DNA of 63,712 nucleotides, counting the filler, from Pelomyxa schiedti (lineage: Eukaryota; Protista; Evosea), in NCBI GenBank assembly GCA_020536535.1. It is 9 parts of 9 records of this genome, joined end to end, with 100 filler letters (N's around TTAATTAATTAA, not from the genome) between each part and the next. Parts side by side here need not be neighbours in the genome. Positions count along the whole stretch, not along the records: positions 1 to 27,138 come from JAHLWZ010000071.1; 8 more parts are not named here. One strand, given 5' to 3'. Position numbers and translations under genes: made by a program. The notes beneath the pieces are model-generated. The model had not been told where the DNA came from and did not search any database. It worked only from the letters and a program-made list of their open reading frames with translations. Shown piece by piece: positions 1 to 13,600 of the stretch; within the stretch, counting starts at the first letter, position 1; every line of letters starts with the position of its first letter.

Positions 1-495
1 CCTTGCCTGCACTGAGGCCAACACAAACCCACACCAACACCCTCAGAATAACTTGCCCAACACTGACACAAACACACTGAAGAACACACAACACACAACA
101 CACAACACACAACACACAACAAGAAACAAGAAACAAGACAGAACACTTAACCAGCACACAAACTCCATCCACAAGATGCTCAGACCAACACCAGGGTGGC
201 TGTTTTTATTTTTTTTTTCCTTATTAAAACAGCCACTGGGTGGCTGTTTTTACAGGAAAGTGATAGGGAAAAAAACAGCCACCCTTTGACCCAGATATGC
301 CCATCTGGATGGAGGTTGTGTGCTGGTTAAGTGTTCTGTCTTGTTTCTTGTTTCTTGTTGTGTGTTGTGTGTTGTGTGTTGTGTGTTGTGTTGTGTGTTG
401 TGTGTTGTGTGTTCTTCAGTGTGTTTGTGTCAGTGTTGGGCAAGTTATTCTGAGGGTGTTGGTGTGGGTTTGTGTTGGCCTCAGTGCAGGCAAGG
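1..495. repeat. Long imperfect inverted repeat (fold-back) with CA-rich microsatellite arms and a nested palindrome
   Basis: 1..~170 (ccttgcctgcactgaggcc...) is the reverse complement of ~307..495 (...ggcctcagtgcaggcaagg). The spacer carries agggtggctgttttt (193-207) / aaaaacagccaccct (271-285) and an inner aaaacagccac/gtggctgtttt pair. Confidence 0.9.
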
Positions 496-1334
496 CGTCA
501 TCGGCGTCGGCGTCGTAGGCGCAGGTGTATTACACGGAGTCCAGTCAGCCCTGGTGGCGAGGGGCCGGCGTAGTCGTAGGCCTCAGCTGATGGCATGGGC
601 GCCAGCACTGTTGAGTAAACCTTCACCCCCTTCACTCGGTCCGTTGCTGCTGTTGTTCCCAACACCGCCGCTCGACGCCTACGCATACACGGGCAACACC
701 AACACCCACCTCGACACGTTTCTGGAAAAAAAAAACGGAGACTGGACAAATCTGTTGCTGTAGACTGAGGCAGAGTACTGTTGTTGCTGCCCCTTTTTAC
801 TTTCCCCTATTGTTGTACTACACTGTTGTTTGTAACCGAGGCTTTCCAGCCAGAACAAACACCCTTAATCACGCCTTTCTGCGAATCAGTTGGTTGATGC
901 ACCACGAGCCGAGCACCAGATCCCCCATGATTTGTTGGGTCTGTTACAAGCCAATCGTTCGTGATGAGTGCCACAGCTCTGAACAATCTCATTTGGTGCC
1001 CACATTTCTCTTTTTTTGTCTCTTTCGTAATTACACTGGCAGGAGTGTGTACACCAAGTATGTGGGGGTTGCCTCGTGTTACTATGTACCTCGGCTTACT
1101 GGTCACCACCAAACTCACCGCAAGTTTTGAATAGCTGCACCAAGGAAACAACTGGTAGCACAAAGAAGGAGAATGAGGGCGAAGTGAACATTGAGTGCAT
1201 AGTGTGCCATCACGTGACAACGCTCAATCTATGGGACGTGATTGCTGATGTCCCTGTCGATGCCTGCCATCATGATGGGACATGCATCCACTCAGGTTGG
1301 ACAATCCACAACAAACATCATTTATATTTTTATA

Positions 1335-3333
1335 ATGGTCACTCACCCAGGGAAGTGCGTCTTACATCCTGACAGACCACTTGAGAGGTTCTGTATAACT
1401 GACAACCTCCTCGTGTGCCTCCAGTGTGCCTTGGAGCACCACCATACTCATGAATTGGTTACAGTCACAACACAGGCACAAACAGCAACAGCACAGGTTC
1501 CTGGAATGGTTGAGTTCATCAACAAGGAGAGGGCCCTCATGGATGAATCAATACAACAAACTGAGTGTGCCATCAGGACTCTCACAAAGGTGTTGTATGA
1601 AACACCCCTATGCATTTCTCAAAATCAAATAAAGCGTCAACGGAAAGTTGAAGGGCACATAAACTACACCTTCAACAGAATGATGAAGGAACTTCAGAAA
1701 AAGAAGGATACACTGCTTGCCAACACATCAAGATTCTTTGAGACACGGAAGAGAACTCTCAAATTGGAAAAGAAATGGACGCAGTCTGTTGTCTCCCAAT
1801 TGAATGAATCTCAGGGTCATTTGAATACTGCATCCCACCATTCTGTGGATTGTCTGCAGCAAACATCACTGGTCATCACCACATGCAATACAGTCCTCAT
1901 GAATCACAACAATGAAAAAAACTCAACGGTTTGTTTGTGCCACCATCACATTCCACTTTAAATACATTTATTAAGGAGCCACTCCACACAGCCTTGCCAT
2001 TATTAGCTGCACGGGAGGAGATATTTCATATCAATTCAGAAGATGTTATTCAATTCATAAGAAACCTATCTATATCAAGTGAGTTTCACACAAACTTCTG
2101 TAAAACTACACCAAAGCTAAACGAAGACACAGCAGTTGGAGAAGCACAGTTTGCCTTACAGACAATGAGGCTCTTTGTTGAAGGCAAGTTCAAGCAGGCC
2201 TTTCAGAACTGCCTTCAAATGTTCCCCTGTTCCTCACATGGGCCCCTTTGTGAAATACGTTCCAAAGACAACCCTGCAGATGGGGAAAATTACATGTGTT
2301 CCAGAGGCAAAACAAAGGCAACTAACCAGTCCGAAACTGTTGCGCTGGTTCTGTTGTACTTCATTTCAACCTTCAAACCCTCCCTCTTCTGCAGCCTTGG
2401 ACCATTTACCAAGTATCCAGCCATCTACATCATATCTGACTTGCTTCCCAAGTGTTCCTCCGAGTCACTGATTTTTCACAAAAGCATCCTAGAATCAGCC
2501 TTGTCATTTGCGCCACCAACTAAGATACCATCTAGATTCTGGTCTCTGTTTCGGGCAGCACAAAAACCCTCACTACCAACACAAACCGTCCCACCACCAT
2601 CAACCACAACTGACCCCACATCACCAGCACCACACAGTGACTTGGAGTGTGGTGTTGCAGCACTGGCACATGTGGTGTGTGGATTCATGTGCAACTGGGG
2701 TCTTTGTGGTACAAGTGTGCACATACCAACAGCACTAAGGGAATTTTCTGAGGCACTGTCATCCTGTTTGGGGGTATATTATAATATTGATACAACTGTA
2801 ACAACAAGCCGATGCCTCAGTATTCCTCATGCACTTGCTGAGTACTTCATGGGACGTACGAATCTCAACACTCAACACAAGAGCCAGCTTCAGCACTTCG
2901 AGGTGGCGGCACACTTTGGCCATGTGAGGGCGCAAGTGGAGATTGGATGGAGTCACATGACAGGGGACTGGGATGGAGGCGAGAAGGACGTGAGGGAGGG
3001 AGTGAAGTGGCTCACGCAGGCATCAGAGGGGGTGACGCGCTGGGACAGTACCAAATGGCCAAGCTGTATGAGGCTGGGTGTGAGGAGGCTGGTGTGCCGA
3101 AAGATGTGGCCGAAGCAATGAGGCTGTACAGGCTGTGCGCTGACCAAGGCCTGGACCTGGGACAGTACACTCTGGGTGAGCGGCTGGTGGAGAGGTGCAA
3201 CAGCTCTGCTGATCTGAAAACACAGCAGCAACACGTGGAGGAGGGTGTCAGGTTGTTGACATTGGCTGCACTTCAAGGCCACAGCTCCGCAAACCAAAAA
3301 CTGAAACTAATGGGTATACATGTCTCGAATTAA
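1335..3333 (+). CDS. B-box zinc finger + coiled-coil + SEL1-like repeat protein (multi-exon; probable 1-nt frameshift near 3030)
   Basis: CVLHPDRPLERFCITDNLLVCLQCALEHHHTH is a B-box pattern, followed by a helical region. The C-terminus has SEL1 motifs (AAHFGHVRAQVEIG, KDVREGVKWLTQAS, GDALGQYQMAKLYEAG, CADQGLDLGQYTLG). Confidence 0.8.
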
Positions 3334-3500
3334 TCACCCTGCATTGACCAGAGTTATTATTCTTTCTTTATTTTCCGTTTGGCAGAAGGACGTGGCGAAT
3401 CCGGAAAGGAAGAAAAAAATCAAAGGAAAAACAAAAAAACAGCGACACCCGCTCGGCTCTCCCAACACAGCCCGAATCTGCGACAACCCAGATCCACCAC

Positions 3501-5897
3501 ATGGGAAAGGATCACCACAAGGAACCGAGCAAAAGCGAGAAAGGCGACGCCACAACCGGCGAAGCGCCGGCCGATGGGAGTGTCACCTCGCGCGTGAAGG
3601 GGTTTGTGTCGCCTGCTGTGAACAGGGTGAGGGCGCCATCCGCCAAAGTCGCTGCGAAAATAACGCTGGGCGCCATCATAATCGGCGTGTCATTCGCGCT
3701 GCCGATCCTGGCCGCAATCGCCCTCGCTGCTCCAGGAATGGACAAGGTCACTGACAAGGCCGCTGCGTTGCCGCGTCAGTTCCACATTGTTGCCACGTCG
3801 GTGGCTCGTGTCTCAGCCTCGCGTTTGGATGCTATTTCTGTGGCAGAGAACACGTGGGATGGAATTGTCCCTTTGGCTTCCTCAGAGGGCGTACTTGAAG
3901 GCGACAGTATGTGATTCAGCCTTCATACTTTCTTTTTTTGCTCACCTTTGTTATTTTTCAGATAATGACAAAGCCTTTATGGCAATTCAGGTTCTTCACA
4001 CGTTTGAGCCTACCACACTTCACAGACACAAGGTATGTTTGATTGTTTGGTCCCCGAGTAAATCTAACTGTTCAACAGGCGTTGGTAGAGCTCGTCACAA
4101 CCCAGTGGCTTAGCTCCGCAAATCCTAAATTGATGTGGTACGGTCTCAAGACTCAAGCAATAGCCAGTGTGTACCCAGATAACACGGCAAAGCACTTACT
4201 AGTTTCAGAAGTGAGCGTACCTGCTGGAATGAAGGAGAGTTTAATGAAGTTATACGAACCAGAAATTGGAGGATTTGCCTCTGCCCTTGGTACCAAGCTT
4301 GTTCCCGAATTGGACGCATCATACTTCGCAATGAAATGCCTGGTATTCTTATGACTGCATGTGTTATCTTTTTTAAATGCCCTCATCCAGGAAGTACTGG
4401 GCCTTCCAGAAGATTTTAACCACACTAAATTTGAAGAATTTGTTCTGAGTACAAAGGATGCTCACTTTGCTGCCTTCCACAACACCCCAACAACGGATTT
4501 GGAAGCCTCCGGTTGCATTGGATGCACTCTGGAGAACATTTTCCATGCGGTTGAGTTGCTGTCCAAATCTAAAACCAGCAACGTTACAGCTGTTCTGGAA
4601 AAAGTTGGCAGGTTAGCCATAATCTCACATCATACCACCCTAAAATGTTTATTTTGCAGATTTTTGCACTATCTTCAAGGACCAGACGGGGGATTCAACA
4701 CAGAACTTCCCCATATTATGCAGCAATATCTCCACAGTCCCAGTACCGCAGCCGCGACTGCAATGGCCCTAGGTTGATAGTTGCAAGTTCCTGTGTAATC
4801 TAACACTTGCACCTTAGAGGTGAGCAAGATTCTTTATGAAGCAAACTACGGATGGCTGTCCTTGTCAGCAAGGTCAAGAGCACATGCTTATTTGGATGCT
4901 TGTGCGGTTCATGGATTAGCAGCGGCTCCATGGGGCGAGCCTGGTATTGAGGTATTTCTGCTTCCAGCTTTTTCTGTCTAAATTTCGTGGAAGTCTACAT
5001 TCTGGATGATGACCTATGACAAAACGTTTGGATTCGTGGCCGGTCTTGCGCCTTGGATCTCTCAGAGTGTATTCAGCGTTGGACTCTTTGTTTTGGTGCT
5101 TGCTTGCATTTCCTGGCTTGAGGAGAACTTGTCCGCAGGTTTTTATTTCCGGAATCAAAAGGATCACTAAATATCACACAGTTGGACTAGTCAAGCATGG
5201 TCACAAGCTGTTTATCATGCTCTCTATCTGCGCGTTCATCCTGGCGGTGTGGCCTCAAGCTGCTCTCCTGTCTTACATCTGTGTTTGGACCTGGTTGTCA
5301 CTTCGAGTTTACCAGCTTCTCAAGGATGACTTTGATGGCATCATGCTATTAGTGGCAATGTGTAACACCATCGCAAACCTGGTTCGTTCCCAATTCTTCC
5401 ATACCTTTTTCTAACCTTACCTTTCAGGGCCTGATGATCATTTTCCAGGGAATCGCTCCGCACGCATTTTCACAGCCCACTATCTTCTATGTACTTCTAC
5501 TGTGGGGAATTCTCTGCACAGCCACCGTCACCTTTGCCAGTGGCTACTTTGTCCCCAGGCACAAAGACCCGCAGCGGTGGTACATGCGTGCCAGCGTTGT
5601 TGCCTGGATCCTGAGCGTCCCCTTCGGCTCTGTAATCCTGCTTCACCTCAGGTACCGTCTCCATACCCCCGCATTCGTTTTATAACAGCTAATGCACTCC
5701 GCAGCAGTGGACCAGATATCTACCGGCTTGTTGTACTGCGCGGCGCATTTTTGAGTGTTTTCATTGTACTACCGTACCTCACCTACTGCCTTGCCCACGT
5801 TGTTGCCGTGGCCGCTTACAGGTTGTACTCACCTGAGGGTGTTATCACAATGAAAGACGTGATCAAGGCAAAGCAAAAGAAACAGCACCGCCACTGA
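3501..5897 (+). CDS. Multi-exon hypothetical polytopic membrane protein
   Basis: A chain of short ORFs is joined by gt...ag introns. There is an N-terminal hydrophobic helix (ITLGAIIIGVSFALPILAAIAL), several C-terminal hydrophobic segments and a basic tail (KAKQKKQHRH). Confidence 0.6.
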
Positions 5898-6084
5898 TCC
5901 ATCAACTCAAGCTTCGGTTTATTTAGTTAACGCTGCACTCTGACAACCATGTTAGCCACCTAAACAAACAAGTGCCAGATAATTAAAACAAACAATTCTC
6001 TAATTGTTTTTCATCCTAAGACAATCAGAAGTTTAAAAAAAAAAAAGGAAAAAACAAAAACCGTTCATATTTGCAACGTTTCGA

Positions 6085-7455
6085 ATGGCAAGTGCTTCGA
6101 TACCTGATGCCACCCCTGCGCCCATAATTGTCAAGAAGGTAGTGATACTGTACTACAGCCTCACCGGCAACACGCGGTACGTCGCGGAGCGGATAGCGGA
6201 GGGCCTGTGCTCGTACACAGGGGGGCGGTACGGCTACGACGTGCGGGTGTTCGGGGTGGTGCGGCTGATCAAGGAGCAGTACTACGGGGGCCCGGCCGCG
6301 CCCATGCACGAGACCGCCGCCGCGCTGGCGGACTCGCTGGGGTGGGCCGACGTCGTGGGCTGCGGGAGCATGTGCACCGGCGGGATGGTCACCGGCGGCC
6401 TGTCCCAGTTCCTAGCCGACGTATGTACATCAGACACCCACCCATTCGACTCTCGTGAGAGTAGAGCCCCGGCGTGTGGTTTTGTGGGGTGGGCGTAGCG
6501 GTGTTTGGTAATTGTGGGAACATAGTTTGGTTTGTGGGGTGGGATTGCGTTTTTATGTTCTGTTTGTAAGTTGTGTGCCAGACTTATAGACGGCCATTTT
6601 CATGAATAAATTCATATTAATGAATTTTTACCTTTTATTTATCTGTTGGATAGTTGCCGGCTGAGGTTGTACGTGGAAAACCTGGTTTTGTTTTTACGAC
6701 TGCTGGTCAGACTATTGGTTCTGCTAATGTAATCATGGCTGAATCCCTGATGAAGGCTGGTGTGAGGCCTGTTCTTTCCCAGTGGGCCTTGATGCCTTGC
6801 CCTGACACCTGGATATGGTGCCTACCTTCTCGCCCAATGCAGCTTCTGTGGGGTTCAAATGTAATCGATACTGCCATTACCCATGGCCGAGAACTTGCCG
6901 GGAAGTTTGACAGATTTTTCTTCGATGGGTCTGCAGTCAGTGTTGTTCCCGATGGCGCCAAATCCCATGTAAGGACTGTTGATCAAGACAAATGGATGGG
7001 GTCTAAGGTTCACTTCCTTCTTCTTCTCGTGGTTAAGTACTAATTCTCATTTCTTGTTAAGATAAGGCAGCTTTCAGTTCCCGAAATCATGTGTGACAAC
7101 TCTAAATGCCTCAAATGTGGAAGATGTTCCACGGTATGTCCAACCAATTCTATGACAAGCTCGCGTGGTGAGTTCCCAGTGTGGAAAAAAGCAACCTGCT
7201 GTGGGGTATGTTATATTTCCATCTTGCAAAGAGCAAACTTTTTGTATTAGTGCACTGCATGTGTAGCCAATTGTCCAGCCTTTGCCTTACAAGTTCGCAA
7301 TATGAAACACAAACAATACTGGACATTCAAAAAAGAGTATATTAAAGGTACCAAAGAACTCCTCTGTACGTCAAACATTATTTCTTAAATACCTTTCAGA
7401 GGGAGATAATAACTGGACCGTTTCACAAATGAGGTTCCCATTTCCATTTCCGTAG
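6085..7455 (+). CDS. Flavodoxin-domain + 2x[4Fe-4S] ferredoxin fusion (EFR1-like), intron-containing
   Basis: ILYYSLTGNTRYVAERIAEGL is a flavodoxin FMN-phosphate loop, followed by GFVFTTAG. The C-terminus has CLKCGRCSTVCP and CCG|CTACVANCP (the second motif is split by an intron at ~7206-7250). Confidence 0.85.
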
Positions 7456-7684
7456 TTATTATGTTGCTCACTTCCCAAAGGATGTGGACAGTGAAGTCGG
7501 GCTTGTGGAGGATTGCTTCGTCCAAGAAAATGATGATATGTGGCCTCTTTGCTGTTTTGACTGTGTTGTCTTGCTTGAGGATATTTTGTCACAAACGGGA
7601 CTGAATTTTCGAAGGAGAAAGAAACAAAATGTCATGATTCTATTAATTAAGTCTATTTCCACAATTTTTAAACACAACACGGTT

Positions 7685-10600
7685 TCAGCTCTTCTTTAGG
7701 GGTTTCTTGCCACTACCATCATTTGGTTTTCCGGGGCATATAAACCCTTTACAAGCATCCAGACATCCCTTGTGGCAAGGGTACTTGCATTCTGCAAGAA
7801 AATAAGCAATTACTGAATGCAACTGTCAAGGAAATACCTGTACATTTATAGCCTTGTTTACTCAAACCTAAACAGAAAAATACATTAGTTGGCAAATAAA
7901 AACTGAAGGCCGTTTACCCCAGATAAAGCTCGAGCAAAACTATGGTAATTTAGTTGGAAAATGAAATAGGTCAATGAAAAATACCTTGCAGTAAGTGAAC
8001 CGGCCAAAGGAATGCAACACAAAATGGTGCGGTGTGGGTAGTGGTACCTCCGCATCAGGGGAAAGTGCTAGCTTGCCCCTTCCGCCGCCTACAGAGAGTA
8101 CTGGTGATTGCCGGCCGGTGTCACTGCTTCCGCTGTTGGTAGAGCTTCCATTGCCACTTCCGGCAGAACCGGAAGTGCTTCCACTGATTTCGTCGATCAT
8201 TCCCTTGATGGTGGTCCTGACTTCTTCTGTGGAGAAGGAGCGTGAGCGTTCCCGCGCTTTCAGGGCGGCATTCCTGAGTGATTTGGACACGGATGGAGTG
8301 CAGCTTCCATGTAAGGCAGAGGAAATCGAGAGCAGTCTGCCGGAACTTGCGGTTGTTGATGTAGTGGTTGTGGTTGTAGCTGTCGCGGAAGCTGTTCCGG
8401 AGGGATCGGTAACGATTATACCGGGACATTTGTTGGTGCTTAGTGCTTTTGCTATAGTCTCGTCAGTGAAAACTAGATGTATGGTAAGGTCCATTACAAA
8501 GTACCTCTGTAATTACCTGCTTTTTGAATGGCATAAGAACCCACCATGATTTTAGGGTGGATCGCTGTGTACCAGAGGTATCTTTTCATAACTTTAAGTA
8601 TTTTCATGGAGAGAGGAAATTTTACGATGCAACTGGGAAGATATTGTTAAGGTAGGATCCTGGGTGCACTAATTTTTTGATAGTAATCAGAGTTTTTGGG
8701 TGCCAGGCTAGGATTGTTCCTTGTGTATCTGCCGACCACCCATATCTAAAGATTGTTATAGAGCTCACAGAAAGGACTATGCAAACTTCTTAAATTCACA
8801 AATAGCAGAGACCTCACCCTCGTGTCCGAATACTGATTCAGAGCAATTCTGTATGAGAAAATAAGAGAACTGATATTGGGAAGAGGTGTAATGCCATCAA
8901 AACAGGATCAAAAATCATGATTTTCGTGTTGACTCCAAACCAGATTCGATTTCCAACAACTGTGGCGCATGTGTACTTGCCACCCATTTCTTTACATGTT
9001 GGCATTTTGATGATGGAAAGTTGAGGACATACGACGAGATAGTACTCTTTCTGTGGCCATTGTTTGGGCGTTGAGTATTAATATTTTCCGCCAACACCCC
9101 ACCCAGACATATTGGCCACATTGCACAATGGAGTTCATTTTGACATCAGGTTCCAGTGTAACATGATTCACAACTTCTTTTGTCTATTGAACAGAAGATG
9201 TTATCTTGAACATCACAAAGTGGCTACACACAGCGGGGTCAATCATAACTAAGCTGCCCTCTGTTGCAGAGGCACTCCAGACCATTTGGTATCTTTCAGA
9301 AGACGAAAGGTCAAGATTCGATATTTCAGATGACATCTGAGGTGTTGGATCTAACGTTGTTGGAGATGCATCGGGTTCCTGTTTCGGTGTCTGTTCTGAT
9401 GCCAGTGTGGAAGTATGCTGTGGAATAATGGATGTAGGTTGTTCTGGCGGGCTTGGACTTTCTTCCGAAAGTGTGAGAGGGACAGGAGATATGGGGCTGG
9501 AGCATCTGGTGGTAGTGGAATGGGCTGGTGATGCCTGCGTAGTTGGAATAGTGCTAGTAGTAACAACTATCATTGAAGATATTATTTGTTTCTCTCCATG
9601 AGCGGCGATTTCTTGAGTCTTCGTCATATTCTATTTGTTCTCGAGTAAGTTGTATTTATTTTTTTTTATTTTTTTTTTTTCGCCATGGATACTTACAGTG
9701 GAATTTATTATTACAATCTTGCCACACTCGGAACTTGCCCACAGTTCTGTTTCAGCGGAACCGCGAGGTTTGATTGCAAGAAGAGAGTGTATTCTACTTT
9801 TCCTCTTGTCTTCAAATAAGGCCACAGACCTTGAAGGTACCTCAGACTGCGAACTTGATGGCGTAGCACTCTCTGAAGATGACGTTGTACATACAGAAGA
9901 TTCGGCAGTACTCTCACTTGTTGGGGTGAGAAAGGTACTACCATCGAGGATGCCAATTTCCCTCACAAATCCATCACCACATCCAACCTTGGTGGCATTT
10001 AACAGGGAAATATCAAGATATTCCAAAGTTACCCAACACTTCTCTCGGTCAGTGGCGATGCTCCATGGCTTTGCCTCTCCTAATTCCACTTCCCAGAAAG
10101 GCTTGAGATCTTCAAGTGGTAAGAGCTCCTGTTCATCTAAGAGACCTAAGTGAGAGAGCAACGAAATTTGGGCCCTACAAGCTGTTACAGCTATTTCTTC
10201 AGGTTTTTTTTCGATTCCTAATAGGTTCTCTAGTTTTTCTACTACCTTGGATGCAGTAGGGCGTTCCTTAGGTAACCTCAGCCAGCATTTTTGAATCAAT
10301 TCAGCAAGTTCACTGTGAGTTGTTAAAGGCAAAGACTAGCACAAGAACCTACGGTAAAATATAAGATGGCAGAGTCGGCCGAAGCCCTTCTTTTGCAATT
10401 GCACCCTTCATGGCTAGCTCTTTCCACTCCCATGTTTCTCCTCTCTTCAAGGAATACTGAGGCATTTCAGCATACTCTGCGAAATGTCATGAAATGTCTG
10501 GACGAATTAACTCTTACCATCATAGGGAAAAAGACGTGTTGCAATTTCATACAGAACAACTCCAAGACTGAATATGTCAGATTGTTCATCATATTCCTCC

Positions 10601-13600
10601 GATTGAGCATCCAGCACCTCAGGTGCGAGCCACTGTAAACAGATATGAAAAAAAAGATGGCTGACAGTTACAAACCTGCCAGGTGGCGAGGTTTCCAGCA
10701 ATTTTTCCAGCAGCCCGCACACTCAGGCCAACTTGGAGAGTTGAAGTCAGTTTAAAATAAATAGAGGAAACTTACAGTCAGCAACTTTAGCTCGTGCAAT
10801 TGCATTTGGGTCCAAGGTTTGAATCTTTCAAGTGTCATTTTTGTGCACTTTAATTTTACTACATACAAAAACGTTTGGACTCCGCAGATCCCAGAAGATT
10901 ATGTTAATTTGAATGCCTTCAGGCAATGTAATGACGACCTGTGTACAACAGGAGGGTGCAGTGTGTGCAGATATTGAATTCCTTTGCTTACGTCCAAGCA
11001 AAGTTGGAGCTTGAATCTCCAACTGAAAGAATGTGAAGTTATAGAATGAAAGACATCTCGTACGTCATAGGGAATTTGAAGCCGTTCTCCTTTGGGATAT
11101 AGGTGTCAAGTATATTGCTGTCTGGTGACGCTGGAAGTTCAATAGCTTCGCCTACTATGAAGTCACAATTTACTGAACTTTTAGGATACTTCCTACCATC
11201 GTTCGGTTTGTGCAGCAGCTTGAAAAGATCTCCTTTTTCAACAAACTCCATAACCATCATTGGAGGAGCTAAGCAGACACCAAAGAATTTGACAATCCAG
11301 GGGTTATCCAGTGTACTGACATTTAGTTAATTCTTGGGTAGTAGACCGCAAGTTTAGGGTAGGTACCTCATCAAAGAAACTTCTTGCTTGAATTCTGCGA
11401 ATTTTTCGGCTCCTTCCTCATCATCTTTCACTGTCAACTCCTTGACGGCAACTACAGCGCCTTTCATATTTGCTTTGTAGACTTTACCAAAGCCGCCTTA
11501 TTTGAAACATGAGTTACCCTTGAGTTTAGTTTAAGTAAAAACCAGTTGCTATGTGCTGGAGATCAGTGACATCATTTCTGTCGATTTGAACAATTGTGTG
11601 TAACATCAAGTCTGGTACCAGAAAGTTCAGCCTTATTGGCACATTTTCGACCTTCAAGTTTTACTTCATGCCATCACAGGGAAGAAAAACCTTGCAAGTC
11701 AAGGTAGAATTCCGGGATATGGCAGAAATAACATCTGCAAGGGGAAACCGATAGGGCACAGGGACTTCTGGAGAAGTTTGTGGGCGACAGTGGTTGCATG
11801 TTACAAATTTTTGTATGTCAAGGGCATAGGGCCTATTTTGGGATTAACTGAAGTCTTTTTTACACACGAATACTTGTAGAAGCAGTCTATNNNNNNNNNN
11901 NNNNNNNNNNNNNNNNNNNNNNNNNNNNNNNNNNNNNNNNNNNNNNNNNNNNNNNNNNNNNNNNNNNNNNNNNNNNNNNNNNNNNNNNNNGCGAGGTTTC
12001 CAGCAATTTTTCCAGCAGCCCGCACACTCAGGCCAACTTGGAGAGTTGAAGTCAGTTTAAAATAAATAGAGGAAACTTACAGTCAGCAACTTTAGCTCGT
12101 GCAATTGCATTGGGGTCCAAGGTTTGAATCTTTCAAGTGTCATTTTTGTGCCTTTAACTTTAATTTTACTACATACAAAAACGTTTGGACTCCGCAGATC
12201 CCTGAAGATTATGTTAATTTGAATGCCTTCGGACAATGTAATACGACCTGTGTACAACAGGAGGGTGCAGTGTGTGCAGATATTGAATTCCTTTGCTTAC
12301 GTCCAAGCAAAGTTGGAGCTTGAATCTCCAACTGAAAGAATGTGAAGGTATGGAATGAAAGACATCTCGTACGTCATAGGGAATTTGAAGCCGTTCTCCT
12401 TTGGGATATAGGTGTCAAGTATATTGCTGTCTGGTGACGCTGGAAGTTCAATAGCTTCGCCTACTACGAAGTCACAATTTACCGAACTTTTAGGATACTT
12501 CCTACCATCGTTCGATTTGTGCAGCAGCTTGAAAAGATCTCCTTTTTCAACAAACTCCATAACCATCATTGGAGGAGCTAAGCATACACCAAAGAATTTG
12601 ACAATCCAGGGGTTATCCAATGTACTGACATTAAGTTAATTCTTGGGTAGTAGACCGCAAGTTTAGGGTAGATACCTCATCAAAGAAACTTCTTGCTTGA
12701 ATTCTGCGAATTTTTCGGCTCCTTCCTCATCATCTTTCACTGTCAACTCCTTGACAGCAACTACAGCACCTTTCATATTTGCTTTGTAGACTTTACCAAA
12801 GCCACCTTATTTGAAACATGAGTTACTCTTGAGTTTAGTTTAAGTCAAAACCAGTTGCTATGTGCTGGAGATCAGTGACATCATTTCTGTCGATTTGAAC
12901 AATTGTGTGTAACATCAAGTCTGGTACCAGAAAGTTCAGCCTTATTGGCACATTTTCGACCTTCAAATTTTACTTCATGCCATCACAGGGAAGAAAAACC
13001 TTGCAAGTCAAGGTAGAATTCCGGGATATGGCAGAAATAACATCTGCAAGGGGAAACCGATAGGGCACAGGGACTTCCGGAGAAGTTTGTGGGCGACAGT
13101 GGTTGCATGTTACAAATTTTTGTATGTCAAGGGCATAGGGCCTATTTTGGGATTAACTGAAGTCTTTTTTACACACGAATACTTGTAGAAGCAGTCTATG
13201 GTGGTATCAACACACTCCAAGATTTGACAAAGTAGGTCTGGTTTCTGTGGCAATCAGTAATTTCTTTTGTGCAGGGGCTCATACAGCATCATCAGGAGCT
13301 CTAACTCGTATAGAAAGTGATGTACTATTTCCAGCTGTTTGGTCAAAGTCGACTGCACATTGTTGTAACCTGGCATCTAAACATTGTTGTAACTTGTATC
13401 ACACCCACAATTTTAATTACCAAATTGTGCAGCCATTTGGATCCTGAGTTTATCAGTCCAAAAAATGTTTCTGGTAATATTTCTCATATGGAGTACACGT
13501 ACGAGGAGGCGTCCGAATAATCCAATTGGGAGACATGTAAACATGAGTGTCCTCTCTAGTTAGGTAAGAGAAAGTGTAATGCAGCACAATGATACCATAT

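Noticed and set aside
53-763. Cys/Val- or Thr/His-rich ORFs at the window start
   Set aside because: They are translations of the microsatellite arms of the inverted repeat.
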